A stretch of 48,977 nt of DNA. Source: an uncultured Flavobacterium sp. (GTDB lineage Bacteria > Bacteroidota > Bacteroidia > Flavobacteriales > Flavobacteriaceae). Where the stretch lies: the NCBI GenBank assembly GCA_964621245.1, contig CAZULO010000003.1:1-48977 (forward strand), in the 5' to 3' direction. Shown in pieces: positions 29,114 through 39,519 of the stretch (position 1 is the stretch's first letter; the number at the start of each line of letters is the position of its first letter). The position numbers and the translations under genes are program-made. Below the pieces are notes generated by a model. The model worked only from the letters and a program-made list of their open reading frames with translations. It searched no databases and was not told the DNA's origin.

Positions 29114-30645
29114 TAGTTTTTGTTCTAAAGAGGAAAAATCAAACAGTAGTTTTTAGAAACAAAAAAGAACTATTTTCTACATATAAAAACTTAACAGATG
29201 TTTTTATTTCATTAGCAATTGAGAACCCTAATGAAATTATGTTATGGTGCAGAGAAGATAATTATGAATTTATTGATTTTGATTACATAAAAAGGATTTT
29301 TGATAAATCAACAAACATATTACAATCATATTTGCCCAATACAAATGATTTTTTTGATAATAAATTAGGATATATAGAGTTTTCACCGTTTCTGAAAATT
29401 AATAAAAGTGTTAAATATCCGACTTGGTTAATGTCAAGTTATGTGGGAGTAATTCATGCTTCTGTAGTAATAAAAACAAAAGATATTGCAACTCTAAAAT
29501 ATAATTTCGAGTATTATATTAATTCGATTGCTAAAATATTGATGCCTTTAGGGCTAAATTGTTATTCTAATCCAAATTTATTATTACCAGGACACGTTGA
29601 TAAATCAACTCATGTTAAACAGTCCATGGGGTTAATTTTTAAATTTGTAGCTCAACATTACAAAAAAAGATGGGTTCTTTTATTGTGTTTAAATTTGTTG
29701 ATTTTTGAACGTAAATGGACTATTATATCAATGATTAGAGGTCTTTTCTACAAAAAAATAACTTTCGATTATAAAATCCCGAATCCTTCATTTATGCGAA
29801 AACATACATATGAAGATACAGTAGATGTACTAATTCCAACAATTGGTCGTAAAGAACATTTGCTTAATGTATTATATGATCTGTCTGATCAAGTGAAACT
29901 ACCCACAAATGTAATAATTATTGAACAAAATCCAGATTTAGATAGTAATTCAGATTTGGAATATCTGACCTCTAAAGAATGGAATTTTTCAATTCAACAT
30001 ATTTTTACACATGTAACGGGAGCTTGTAACGCAAGAAATTTAGGATTACAAAAAGTGGAAAGTAAATGGGTTTTTTTTGCGGATGATGATATACGAATAC
30101 CAATTGATTTTATTGAAAAATGTTTAACCAATTGTTTGACTTACAATCAAAAAGCAATTACATTAGCTTGTTATTTAAAAGGGGGAAAAACACAAAATAA
30201 ATGTATTAAACAATGGGTTACATTTGGTTCGGGTTGTAGCTTTGTATTAGCAAATTCAATTGAAAAGGTTAAGTTTGATAAAAGATTTGAATTTGGGTTT
30301 GGTGAAGACTCTGATTATGGAATGCAATTAAGAAATCAAGGTGTAGATGTGATGTATTTTACAGATCCTTCAGTACTTCATTTAAAAGCTCCTATAGGGG
30401 GGTTTAGAACAAAAAATAAATTACAGTGGCATAATGATAGTATACAGCCTAAGCCTGCTCCAACAGTTATGTTGTATAAAATATTACACGATACTACTGA
30501 ACAATTAAATGGGTATAAAATAGTTTTATTTTTTAATTATTATAAGAATCAGAAAACCAAGAATCCATATTCTTATTATAAAAAATATATAAAACAATGG
30601 AATCAAAGTGTTTTTTGGGCAACCAAATTAGAAAAAATGAAATGA
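29110..30645 (+). CDS. GT2 glycosyltransferase with an N-terminal extra (degenerate GT-like) domain
   Basis: C-terminal half: VDVLIPTIGR, IIEQ, GACNARNLG, FADDD, FGFGEDSDYG. Confidence 0.78.
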   Translation: MIVFVLKRKNQTVVFRNKKELFSTYKNLTDVFISLAIENPNEIMLWCREDNYEFIDFDYIKRIFDKSTNILQSYLPNTNDFFDNKLGYIEFSPFLKINKSVKYPTWLMSSYVGVIHASVVIKTKDIATLKYNFEYYINSIAKILMPLGLNCYSNPNLLLPGHVDKSTHVKQSMGLIFKFVAQHYKKRWVLLLCLNLLIFERKWTIISMIRGLFYKKITFDYKIPNPSFMRKHTYEDTVDVLIPTIGRKEHLLNVLYDLSDQVKLPTNVIIIEQNPDLDSNSDLEYLTSKEWNFSIQHIFTHVTGACNARNLGLQKVESKWVFFADDDIRIPIDFIEKCLTNCLTYNQKAITLACYLKGGKTQNKCIKQWVTFGSGCSFVLANSIEKVKFDKRFEFGFGEDSDYGMQLRNQGVDVMYFTDPSVLHLKAPIGGFRTKNKLQWHNDSIQPKPAPTVMLYKILHDTTEQLNGYKIVLFFNYYKNQKTKNPYSYYKKYIKQWNQSVFWATKLEKMK

Positions 30646-31634
30646 AGTTATCATTAATAATTTGTACCTATAAAAGAGCTAAGGCGTTACAAAGCTTATT
30701 GATTTCTATATGCAATCAAACTTTATATCCAAACGAAATTCTGATTATTGATGGATCTCCAGATAACCAAACCCAAGAAATGTTGTCTGTAAATAATTAT
30801 GAAAATTTAGTTTATTATTTAGTCGAAGAGAAAGATAGGGGATTAACCAAACAACGAAATTATGGTGTATCTAACATTTCAGAAGATAGCGATATCGTTT
30901 GTTTTTTAGATGATGACACCATTTTAAAAAATAATTATTTTGAAGAGATAATTAAAACATATAAAATTTTCCCTAATGCTTTAGGAGTTGGTGGTTATAT
31001 AATAAACGAATCAGAGTGGAAATTTGTAGGCAAAGATTATAAAGCTCAATTAAATGAGTTTTATTTTGATGAGTGGTTAAAAAAAGATGGACTAAGATTT
31101 GTTTGGAGAAAAAAAATAAGACTAGATAGCAATGTTCCACCAGGATACCTACCTGAATTTTCACATGGTCGTAGTATAAGTTTTTTACCTCCAACAAACA
31201 AAATATACAAGGTTGAACAATTAATGGGTGGTGTTTCTTCTTTTCGGAAAGAAGTCTTTGAGAAAATATCATTTTCAACTTATTTTGAAGGTTATGGCTT
31301 ATATGAAGATGCTGATTTTACACTTAGACTATCCAAAATAGGTGATTTATATGTAAACACATCAGCACAGTTAGAGCATTATCATGATTCTGAAGGCCGT
31401 CCTAATCAATATGAATACGGTAAAATGGTGGTGAGAAATGGTTGGTATGTTTGGCGTGTTAAATATCCGAATCCGTCGTTAAAAAATATAATTAAATGGC
31501 ATTTTATAACATTTTTGTTACTATTTATCAGGGGATTAAATTGTATTAATACAAACAAAAAAAAAGAGGCGTTTACAGAATTTCTAGGCAGATTAGTTGG
31601 ATGGCATAGTCTGTTTTTTAGGAAGCCAAAATAA
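30642..31634 (+). CDS. GT2 glycosyltransferase
   Basis: MKLSLIICTYKR, IIDGS, GLTKQRNYG, FLDDD, YEDADF. Start moved from 30597 to the ATGA overlap at 30642. Confidence 0.85.
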   Translation: MKLSLIICTYKRAKALQSLLISICNQTLYPNEILIIDGSPDNQTQEMLSVNNYENLVYYLVEEKDRGLTKQRNYGVSNISEDSDIVCFLDDDTILKNNYFEEIIKTYKIFPNALGVGGYIINESEWKFVGKDYKAQLNEFYFDEWLKKDGLRFVWRKKIRLDSNVPPGYLPEFSHGRSISFLPPTNKIYKVEQLMGGVSSFRKEVFEKISFSTYFEGYGLYEDADFTLRLSKIGDLYVNTSAQLEHYHDSEGRPNQYEYGKMVVRNGWYVWRVKYPNPSLKNIIKWHFITFLLLFIRGLNCINTNKKKEAFTEFLGRLVGWHSLFFRKPK

Positions 31635-31649
31635 AAAAATGAGTTAAAT

Positions 31650-33512
31650 ATGTGTGGAATATCAGGTTTTTTTAATATTAAAGGTGACGATTTACCTTAT
31701 GAAGCATTAACTAAAATGCTTAAAATACAGCATCATCGCGGGCCTGATTTTCAAGGGATTTATTACAATAATTATATTGGATTAGCTCATAATAGATTGA
31801 GTTTGTTAGATTTGTCATCTACAGGTAATCAACCTTTTCAAGATGATAACTATGTTTTAATTTATAATGGAGAGATTTATAATTATAAAGAGTTAAAACA
31901 AGAACTAAATTATTTAACACATACATCTTCGTCTGATACAGCAGTGTTGTTTCAAGCCTTAAAACATTGGGGAGTTAATAAAACAGTTCAAAAAATTAAA
32001 GGAATGTTTGCTTTTTCATGGTATGATAAAAAGGAAAAAGAACTTTATTTAGTTAGAGATCGATTAGGTATTAAACCGATGTTTTATGGTTGGGATAGTT
32101 TGCAAACACTTTGGTTTTCGTCCGAATTAAAAGCCATCTCAAGTATTTTGAAATGTACGCCAAATCCCATTAAAGTGCTCTATTCAAGCTTAGGTGTTTT
32201 AGAAAGATCACGAAAAGAAACAGCTTGGAACGAAATAAATCATGTTACTCCTGGAACCTATTTAAAAATAGACAAGTCAGGACTAAATGAAATTACATAT
32301 TATACTGTTTTTGATACTATAAATGAGAATGAATATAATAGATTAAATCAATCTAAAACAGAAAAAGTATTAGATGAATTTGAGTTTTTGTTTAAAAAAT
32401 CTACAAAAACAATGTGTGTTAGTGACGCTCCTATGGGAGCATTTGTAAGTGGTGGTATAGATTCGAGTTTGATATCATATTATGCGAGTGAAAATTCCCC
32501 AAATATTAAGCTTTTTACAGCTAATGTGATAGGCAAGTATTCAGAATATATAGATGCTAAATTATTAGCATCAACATTAAATAAGCCATTGTTTGATTAC
32601 AAGTTTGAAAAAGAAATGGTTTTACGAGATTGGGTAAATGTTACTTGGTATTATGAGTCTCCAGTTGTAGTTCATTTAAATGCAATTCCATTTTCAGGAG
32701 TTTCAATGCTGGCAAAGGAACATAAAGTGAAAGCAGTTTTAACAGGAGAAGGGGCAGATGAGTTGTTTTTTGGATATTCTTATTTATTAGCAAAACGGTA
32801 TGATAAATTTCTTAAACTACCATATTATATATTAAATGTATTATACAGTTTAATTCCTCCTTTAAAATCATATATATCTAAAACAGGTGGTTCTGAAGAT
32901 TTGGTAAATGTTTTTCATCGAGCAAGTCATAATTTTTCAAATGAGATTACATTTAAAACCCATCATAAGGCATATGATTTTTTAACATTTAAAGATAGAG
33001 AGGAACATCTTCTTACATCAAAAATGTTACAAGACCATATTGTATCGCTTTTATGGCGTAATGATCGTATAGGTATGATGCATTCAATTGAATCAAGGTT
33101 TCCGTTTTTGGACGAAGGTTTGATATCATTTGCAATGAATTTACCAAGCAAGTATAAAATCGGAAATAGCTGGAAAATACATGATTATAAACATCCATTT
33201 TTAGTTGATAAATTTATTGTAAGAAAATTAGCCCAAAGTAAATTGCCAAAATCATTAGTAAATAAAAAGAAAAATGGTTTTCCGATGCATGGTTTACGAG
33301 ATATTTTGATTCATTCTGAATTTTTTAGAAATGGATTTGTTAGTAACATTTTTCAAATAAATCAAATTCAAATTGAGCACATGTGTTCTACATCAAATAA
33401 TTACATAACTAGTTTATTAGCTTCAGTAGAAATATGGGCTAAACTTTTTATAGAAAAAAAATCTATAAATGAAGTAGAACAAATGGTTATACAATATGCG
33501 AAGATGAAATAA
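31650..33512 (+). CDS. asnB: Asparagine synthetase B-like glutamine amidotransferase (WbpS-like glycan amidation)
   Basis: N-terminal nucleophile MCGI, HRGPD, HNRLSLLD, YNGEIYN, RDRLGIKP, SGGIDSS, TGEGADELFFGY, ESRFPFLD. Confidence 0.88.
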   Translation: MCGISGFFNIKGDDLPYEALTKMLKIQHHRGPDFQGIYYNNYIGLAHNRLSLLDLSSTGNQPFQDDNYVLIYNGEIYNYKELKQELNYLTHTSSSDTAVLFQALKHWGVNKTVQKIKGMFAFSWYDKKEKELYLVRDRLGIKPMFYGWDSLQTLWFSSELKAISSILKCTPNPIKVLYSSLGVLERSRKETAWNEINHVTPGTYLKIDKSGLNEITYYTVFDTINENEYNRLNQSKTEKVLDEFEFLFKKSTKTMCVSDAPMGAFVSGGIDSSLISYYASENSPNIKLFTANVIGKYSEYIDAKLLASTLNKPLFDYKFEKEMVLRDWVNVTWYYESPVVVHLNAIPFSGVSMLAKEHKVKAVLTGEGADELFFGYSYLLAKRYDKFLKLPYYILNVLYSLIPPLKSYISKTGGSEDLVNVFHRASHNFSNEITFKTHHKAYDFLTFKDREEHLLTSKMLQDHIVSLLWRNDRIGMMHSIESRFPFLDEGLISFAMNLPSKYKIGNSWKIHDYKHPFLVDKFIVRKLAQSKLPKSLVNKKKNGFPMHGLRDILIHSEFFRNGFVSNIFQINQIQIEHMCSTSNNYITSLLASVEIWAKLFIEKKSINEVEQMVIQYAKMK

Positions 33513-33580
33513 TTTATGTATTGCTAAATAAATAAAAGAAGTTAAAGACATAATATTGTTTTTGTTTCAAAAAAGTAATA

Positions 33581-34708
33581 ATGTTTAAAATGAAAATCGC
33601 AGTAATAACACATGTAACCCATATTAAAGAAAATGATTTTTTTTATGCATATGGTCCCTACGTTAAAGAAATGAATATTTGGTTTAAGTACGTTGATAAG
33701 GTTGTAATTGTTGCACCTATTACAGAAAAATTGCGTACACCGATTGATTTAAAATATAATCATAACATAATAAGTTTTTATAAAGTTCCTTCATTTTCAT
33801 TAATATCAGTATCTGAAATAATAAAGACAATAATTCGTTTACCACAATTGATTTGCAATGTTTTCTTAGCAATGAAAAAGGCTGATCATATCCATTTGAG
33901 ATGCCCGGGTAATATGGGGTTACTTGGTTGCTTGGTTCAGATGCTATTTCCTCACAAGAAAAAAACAGCAAAATATGCAGGAAATTGGGATCCAAAAAGT
34001 AAACAGCCTTTGACATATCGAATTCAAAAATGGATTTTGAATAACACTTTTTTAACTAAAAATATGACAGTTTTAGTTTATGGAGAATGGGAAGGGAGTT
34101 CAAAAAATATAAAACCATTTTTTACGGCATCATACAAGGAATCAGAGAAAGAAGAAGTACTAACTAAAACGATGCATGATCCGATAATTGAATTTCTGTT
34201 TGTAGGTACACTTTCCTTAGGAAAGCAACCGTTATACGCAATTAAGTTGGTACAACAGTTAGCTTTGAATCATAAAAATATTAGATTAAAATTATATGGA
34301 GATGGAGTTTTAAAAAATGAAATAGAAAATTATATCCAACTAAATTCATTACAAAATATTGTTAATGTATTGGGAAATCAGGATAGTGAAGTTATAAAAA
34401 AGGCATATCAAAAAAGTCATTTTTTGATTTTACCATCAAAAAGTGAGGGATGGCCAAAAGTTGTTGCTGAAGCTATGTTTTGGGGGTGTTTGCCTATAGT
34501 TACAAATGTCTCGTGTGTTTCGGGAATGCTAAATAATAATGAAAGAGGAGTAATGCTAACAATGGAATTAGCTAAAGATATTAAAAATGTAATGGAACTA
34601 ATTTTGTATTCAAATGATGAGTATGATAAAAGAGTTATAAATGCAATGTCGTGGTCACGAAGATATACGGTTGATTTTTTTGATAAAGAGATTTATAAAT
34701 TAATATAG
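33581..34708 (+). CDS. GT4-family glycosyltransferase (start may be 33590)
   Basis: FVGTLSLGK, YGDG, LPSKSEGWPKVVAEAMFWG. Confidence 0.85.
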   Translation: MFKMKIAVITHVTHIKENDFFYAYGPYVKEMNIWFKYVDKVVIVAPITEKLRTPIDLKYNHNIISFYKVPSFSLISVSEIIKTIIRLPQLICNVFLAMKKADHIHLRCPGNMGLLGCLVQMLFPHKKKTAKYAGNWDPKSKQPLTYRIQKWILNNTFLTKNMTVLVYGEWEGSSKNIKPFFTASYKESEKEEVLTKTMHDPIIEFLFVGTLSLGKQPLYAIKLVQQLALNHKNIRLKLYGDGVLKNEIENYIQLNSLQNIVNVLGNQDSEVIKKAYQKSHFLILPSKSEGWPKVVAEAMFWGCLPIVTNVSCVSGMLNNNERGVMLTMELAKDIKNVMELILYSNDEYDKRVINAMSWSRRYTVDFFDKEIYKLI

Positions 34709-34720
34709 TAAATTTGAAAG

Positions 34721-35734
<1,014 letters not shown>

Positions 35735-35752
35735 AATTTTTAAAAGTAGTAG

Positions 35753-37105
35753 ATGGGGAAATCTTATTTTTCGTATACAAATTTAGTAGTAATACATTGC
35801 TTAATTGGATTTTTGGTGTTTAAAATTCCTCAATTTTCAACTGTATATGGATTAATTATTCCAATTGTTTCGTTTTTCTATGTTATAAAAAGCAAGAATA
35901 AAAACAACGAGATTTTAATGGTTTGTGCTTATGTATCAGGTTTAGAAGTGTTTTTACGTATGACAGGTGGAGGATTATCTCATGAAATTGCAAAATATGT
36001 GCTTATATTTTTTATGACGTTAGGTTGTGTTTTAAGTGGATTTTCAAATAAAAGTATCATTTACATTTTTTTAGTGCTGTTATTAATTCCTGGCATATAC
36101 TTAGGTATAGAAACTATAGATTACGATACTGAAGTGAGAAAAGCATTGATTTTTAATATTATAGGTCCAATATGCTTGTTGTTTTCATCAACATATTGTT
36201 ATAATAGAAGTATTACATACGATAACTTAAATGAAATAATTAAATTATTGGGGTTGTCAATAATTTCAATGTTGGTTTATGTTCATTTTTATACTCCAGA
36301 TTTAGAGGAAATCGATTTGGGTACTCAATCAAATTTTGACACTTCTGGTGGATTTGGTCCAAATCAAGTCTCTACTGTTTTGGGATTGAGTTTTTTTATC
36401 TTTTCGTATCTCTTTTTATTTGGATCAAAAAATAAAAAAGTTCAGCTAATAAACATTTTTTTTGCTTGTTTTTCTCTATACAGAGGGTTAATTACTTTCT
36501 CTAGAGGAGGTGTTTATACAGGGGCTTTTATGGTTATTATATTGTTAATTTCGATACTTATTTTTGTTAAAAGAGACTATAAATTAAAAATCATAAAATT
36601 GATTGGTGGAATAATAGTATTGCTTTTTTGTATTTGGAGTTATAGTGTTTTTCAAACAAAAGGTATGATAGAGAAACGATATGCAAATAAAGATAGGATT
36701 GGACGTGAAAAGGATGATGATTTAGGTGGTAGGGGTTTTTTGAATGAATTTGAAATAAATACTTTTATTAATAATCCTATATTTGGAGTGGGGGTTGGGA
36801 GAGTTAAAGGGCTTAGGGCTGAAAAAACAGGGATTGATTTAGCATCTCATAACGAACTTACACGATTATTGGCCGAACATGGTTTTTTAGGTGTTATAAT
36901 TATTATTGTTTTGTTGATTACACCTATAATACATTATTTTTATAATACCAATCACATTATCTTATTAAGTTTATATTGTTTTTGGCTACTAACGATAAAT
37001 CATGCAGCAATGCGAATTGCAGCACCAGCATTTATTTATGCACTGACGTTATTAAAGATAAAACCAGCTGTGTCCGATGAAAAAAATATTATACATAGGG
37101 AATAA
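35753..37105 (+). CDS. O-antigen ligase / Wzy_C family polytopic membrane protein
   Basis: Many TM segments; GPNQ, TFSRGG, NPIFGVGVG, SHNELTRLLAEHG (conserved Arg and His motifs of WaaL/O-OTase-like proteins). Confidence 0.78.
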   Translation: MGKSYFSYTNLVVIHCLIGFLVFKIPQFSTVYGLIIPIVSFFYVIKSKNKNNEILMVCAYVSGLEVFLRMTGGGLSHEIAKYVLIFFMTLGCVLSGFSNKSIIYIFLVLLLIPGIYLGIETIDYDTEVRKALIFNIIGPICLLFSSTYCYNRSITYDNLNEIIKLLGLSIISMLVYVHFYTPDLEEIDLGTQSNFDTSGGFGPNQVSTVLGLSFFIFSYLFLFGSKNKKVQLINIFFACFSLYRGLITFSRGGVYTGAFMVIILLISILIFVKRDYKLKIIKLIGGIIVLLFCIWSYSVFQTKGMIEKRYANKDRIGREKDDDLGGRGFLNEFEINTFINNPIFGVGVGRVKGLRAEKTGIDLASHNELTRLLAEHGFLGVIIIIVLLITPIIHYFYNTNHIILLSLYCFWLLTINHAAMRIAAPAFIYALTLLKIKPAVSDEKNIIHRE

Positions 37106-38090
37106 CGTTTCTAAGCATGGGTACAATAAAACTACCATCGAAACTCTAGGGAAATTGTTACAATCGGAAGGTTTTACAGTCAAATATTCATCTGAAAAAA
37201 AAAAACAATCGTTGAGATTGGCACATATGATCTTCTCGGTTTTAAGGTATAGAAATGAAGTAGATTATATTTTGATAGATACGTATAGTACCGTTAGTTT
37301 CTGGTATGCATTATTATGCAGTCAGTTAGCTCGAATATTTAAGATACGATATATTCCAATCCTTCATGGAGGCAATTTACCCAATAGATTAAAACAATCC
37401 CCCTATTTGTCCCAATTACTATTTCAAAATAGTTATATTAATGTAGCGCCATCAAATTATTTAAAGGAATCCTTTTCAAAATCGGGATACTTAAATGTAA
37501 AATATATACCTAATGTTTTAGAATTAAAAGATTATATTTTTAAAAATAGAAATCAACTTTCGCCAAAAATACTGTGGGTCAGGGCTTTTTCAGAAATATA
37601 CAACCCAGAAATGGCAATAAGAGTAATTTCTCGTTTAAAAAATAAATTTCCTAATTCAGAACTGTGTATGATTGGACCTGATAAAGACGGTAGTTTAGAA
37701 AAAACAATGCGATTTGCAAAGACGTTAAACATAGATGTTGAATTTACAGGTCGATTAACTAAAGAGGAATGGGTGTTAAAGTCACAACAATATGATATTT
37801 TTATTAATACAACACACTTTGATAATACTCCAATAAGTGTAATGGAAGCAATGGCGTTAGGATTACCTATCGTTTCAACAAGTGTTGGAGGAATACCATA
37901 TTTATTAGAAGATAAAGAAGAAGCTTTATTAGTGGATGATAATAATGACAAAAAAATGGCACAAGCTATAGAATATTTAATAATGAATCCAATTGTTGTT
38001 GAAAATCAAATAAATAAGGCTAGAAATAAAGTAGAACAATTTGATTGGAAAATAGTTTCAGAACAATGGAAATCAATTTTACGAGAATAA
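37077..38090 (+). CDS. GT4-family glycosyltransferase
   Basis: LHGG, IPN, WVRAF, DNTPISVMEAMALGLPIVSTSVGGIP, FDW. Confidence 0.87.
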   Translation: MKKILYIGNNVSKHGYNKTTIETLGKLLQSEGFTVKYSSEKKKQSLRLAHMIFSVLRYRNEVDYILIDTYSTVSFWYALLCSQLARIFKIRYIPILHGGNLPNRLKQSPYLSQLLFQNSYINVAPSNYLKESFSKSGYLNVKYIPNVLELKDYIFKNRNQLSPKILWVRAFSEIYNPEMAIRVISRLKNKFPNSELCMIGPDKDGSLEKTMRFAKTLNIDVEFTGRLTKEEWVLKSQQYDIFINTTHFDNTPISVMEAMALGLPIVSTSVGGIPYLLEDKEEALLVDDNNDKKMAQAIEYLIMNPIVVENQINKARNKVEQFDWKIVSEQWKSILRE

Positions 38091-38093
38091 TAC

Positions 38094-38101
38094 TATATTT
38101 G
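38094..38101 (+). promoter_or_regulatory. Internal -7 promoter element (TAnnTTTG) for the priming transferase
   Basis: TATATTTG(C), 23 bp before the ATG at 38125, within the inverted repeat ATACTAT-N6-ATAGTAT (38090-38109). Confidence 0.55.
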
Positions 38102-38124
38102 CATAGTATCCCAATCGTAAATTA

Positions 38125-39516
38125 ATGACATCTAAGAAAAAAGTTCATTTTGAAATTTCAGAACGGAAAATATTGCTCCGTTTTATTGATGTATTTGTTG
38201 TTTTAGCAGCACTTTTTGTTTTAGGAAATAATACAGAATACGAATATTTTCAAATTACTTCAGATAATTTTTATTGGTTGTTTGTATTGGCGTTTTATTT
38301 ATCGTTTTTTGCATCGGTATTTGAATTGTATGATTTACAAACAGCAAGTAAACAATTTGATTCGATTCGTAGTATTATATTTACTTCTACAGGAACTTTT
38401 TTTGCTTATTTAGTCACACCCTATTTAACATTGTCTTTACCGTCTAACCGAATACAATTACTGTATTTAATAGCAACCATTGTAATACCATTGTTAATTT
38501 GGCGTTTGATTTATATTCATTTTTTTGCCAGTCATCGTTTTTTGAAAAAGGTAGTTTTAGTCTGTGATGCGGAGCAATTACATGAACTTATTTTTACATT
38601 AGAAAAAGTCGATCCTAATTATAAAATTGTTGGCTTTGTGAGTACAAACGAAGTATTGCGTAACGATAAATACAAAATTTCGAACATCCCAATACAAAAA
38701 TTAAATTCCTATATTAAATCAGGTCATATTTCAGAAATAGTAATTGCAACTCAAACACCAGAGTTGATAACAACAGAAATTTATAATAATCTAATTAAAT
38801 TATTAGAAAAAGGTGTGCCTATTCGAGAGTTTTCTCAAGTTTATGAGGAAATGACCTATCGCATACCTGTACACTATGTAAATAAAGATTTTTATAGGTA
38901 TTTTCCGTTTAGTCGAAGTAATCAAAATAAATTATATCAATCTACAGTTAGGGTATTTGAAATATTATTTTCAATGGCAGGGATTATCATAGGGATTATT
39001 TTCATCCCATTTGTAGTTATGGGTAATACAATTGGAAACAGAGGACCTTTGTTTTACAAACAAGAAAGAATTGGTTTAAACGGTAAGTCATTTGAAATAT
39101 TTAAGTTCAGATCTATGGTAACCAATGCCGAAGAAGGTAGCGGTGCCGTATTTGCTGCTAAAAATGATAGTAGAGTAACACCTTTTGGTAAATTTTTAAG
39201 AAAAACTCGGATTGATGAATTTCCTCAGTTTATAAATATTTTAAAAGGAGATATGGCTGTAATAGGACCAAGACCAGAGCGTCCTTTTTTTGTTAAAGAA
39301 ATATCTCAAATTATGCCTTTTTATGAGACAAGACATGTCGTTAAGCCTGGATTAACAGGATGGGCACAGGTGAATTATTCGTACGGAGAATCAATAGATG
39401 AAAGTTTGATAAAGTTACAATACGATTTATTTTATATCAAACACAGAAGTCTCTTTTTGGATATCAACATTATGATTAAAACAATTAGTACGGTATTGTT
39501 TTATAGAGGGCATTAA
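38125..39516 (+). CDS. Polyprenyl-phosphate glycosylphosphotransferase (priming sugar transferase, WcaJ/WbaP-like)
   Basis: N-terminal TMs plus C-terminal Bac_transf motifs: KQERIG, KFRSM, DSRVT..GKFLRKTRIDEFPQ, GDMAVIGPRPER, KPGLTGWAQV, YDLFYI. Confidence 0.92.
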   Translation: MTSKKKVHFEISERKILLRFIDVFVVLAALFVLGNNTEYEYFQITSDNFYWLFVLAFYLSFFASVFELYDLQTASKQFDSIRSIIFTSTGTFFAYLVTPYLTLSLPSNRIQLLYLIATIVIPLLIWRLIYIHFFASHRFLKKVVLVCDAEQLHELIFTLEKVDPNYKIVGFVSTNEVLRNDKYKISNIPIQKLNSYIKSGHISEIVIATQTPELITTEIYNNLIKLLEKGVPIREFSQVYEEMTYRIPVHYVNKDFYRYFPFSRSNQNKLYQSTVRVFEILFSMAGIIIGIIFIPFVVMGNTIGNRGPLFYKQERIGLNGKSFEIFKFRSMVTNAEEGSGAVFAAKNDSRVTPFGKFLRKTRIDEFPQFINILKGDMAVIGPRPERPFFVKEISQIMPFYETRHVVKPGLTGWAQVNYSYGESIDESLIKLQYDLFYIKHRSLFLDINIMIKTISTVLFYRGH

Positions 39517-39519
39517 TAT

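Noticed and set aside
30597..30641. Longer N-terminal extensions given by the ORF track (30597; also 44002 and 45960)
   Set aside because: Downstream ATGs at 30642, 44038 and 45936 fit the family N-termini and gene spacing better.
8130..31565. Several A9/T9 tracts in glycan genes (e.g. 8130-8138, 9543-9551, 15350-15358, 26565-26573) as phase-variation sites
   Set aside because: Runs of this length also occur in housekeeping genes such as pssA, are expected at this AT content, and all the genes are in frame.
35753..37105. Calling this gene wzy (polymerase)
   Set aside because: There is no wzx or wzz in the window and an ABC exporter is present. Sequence alone cannot separate WaaL from Wzy, so no symbol is given.
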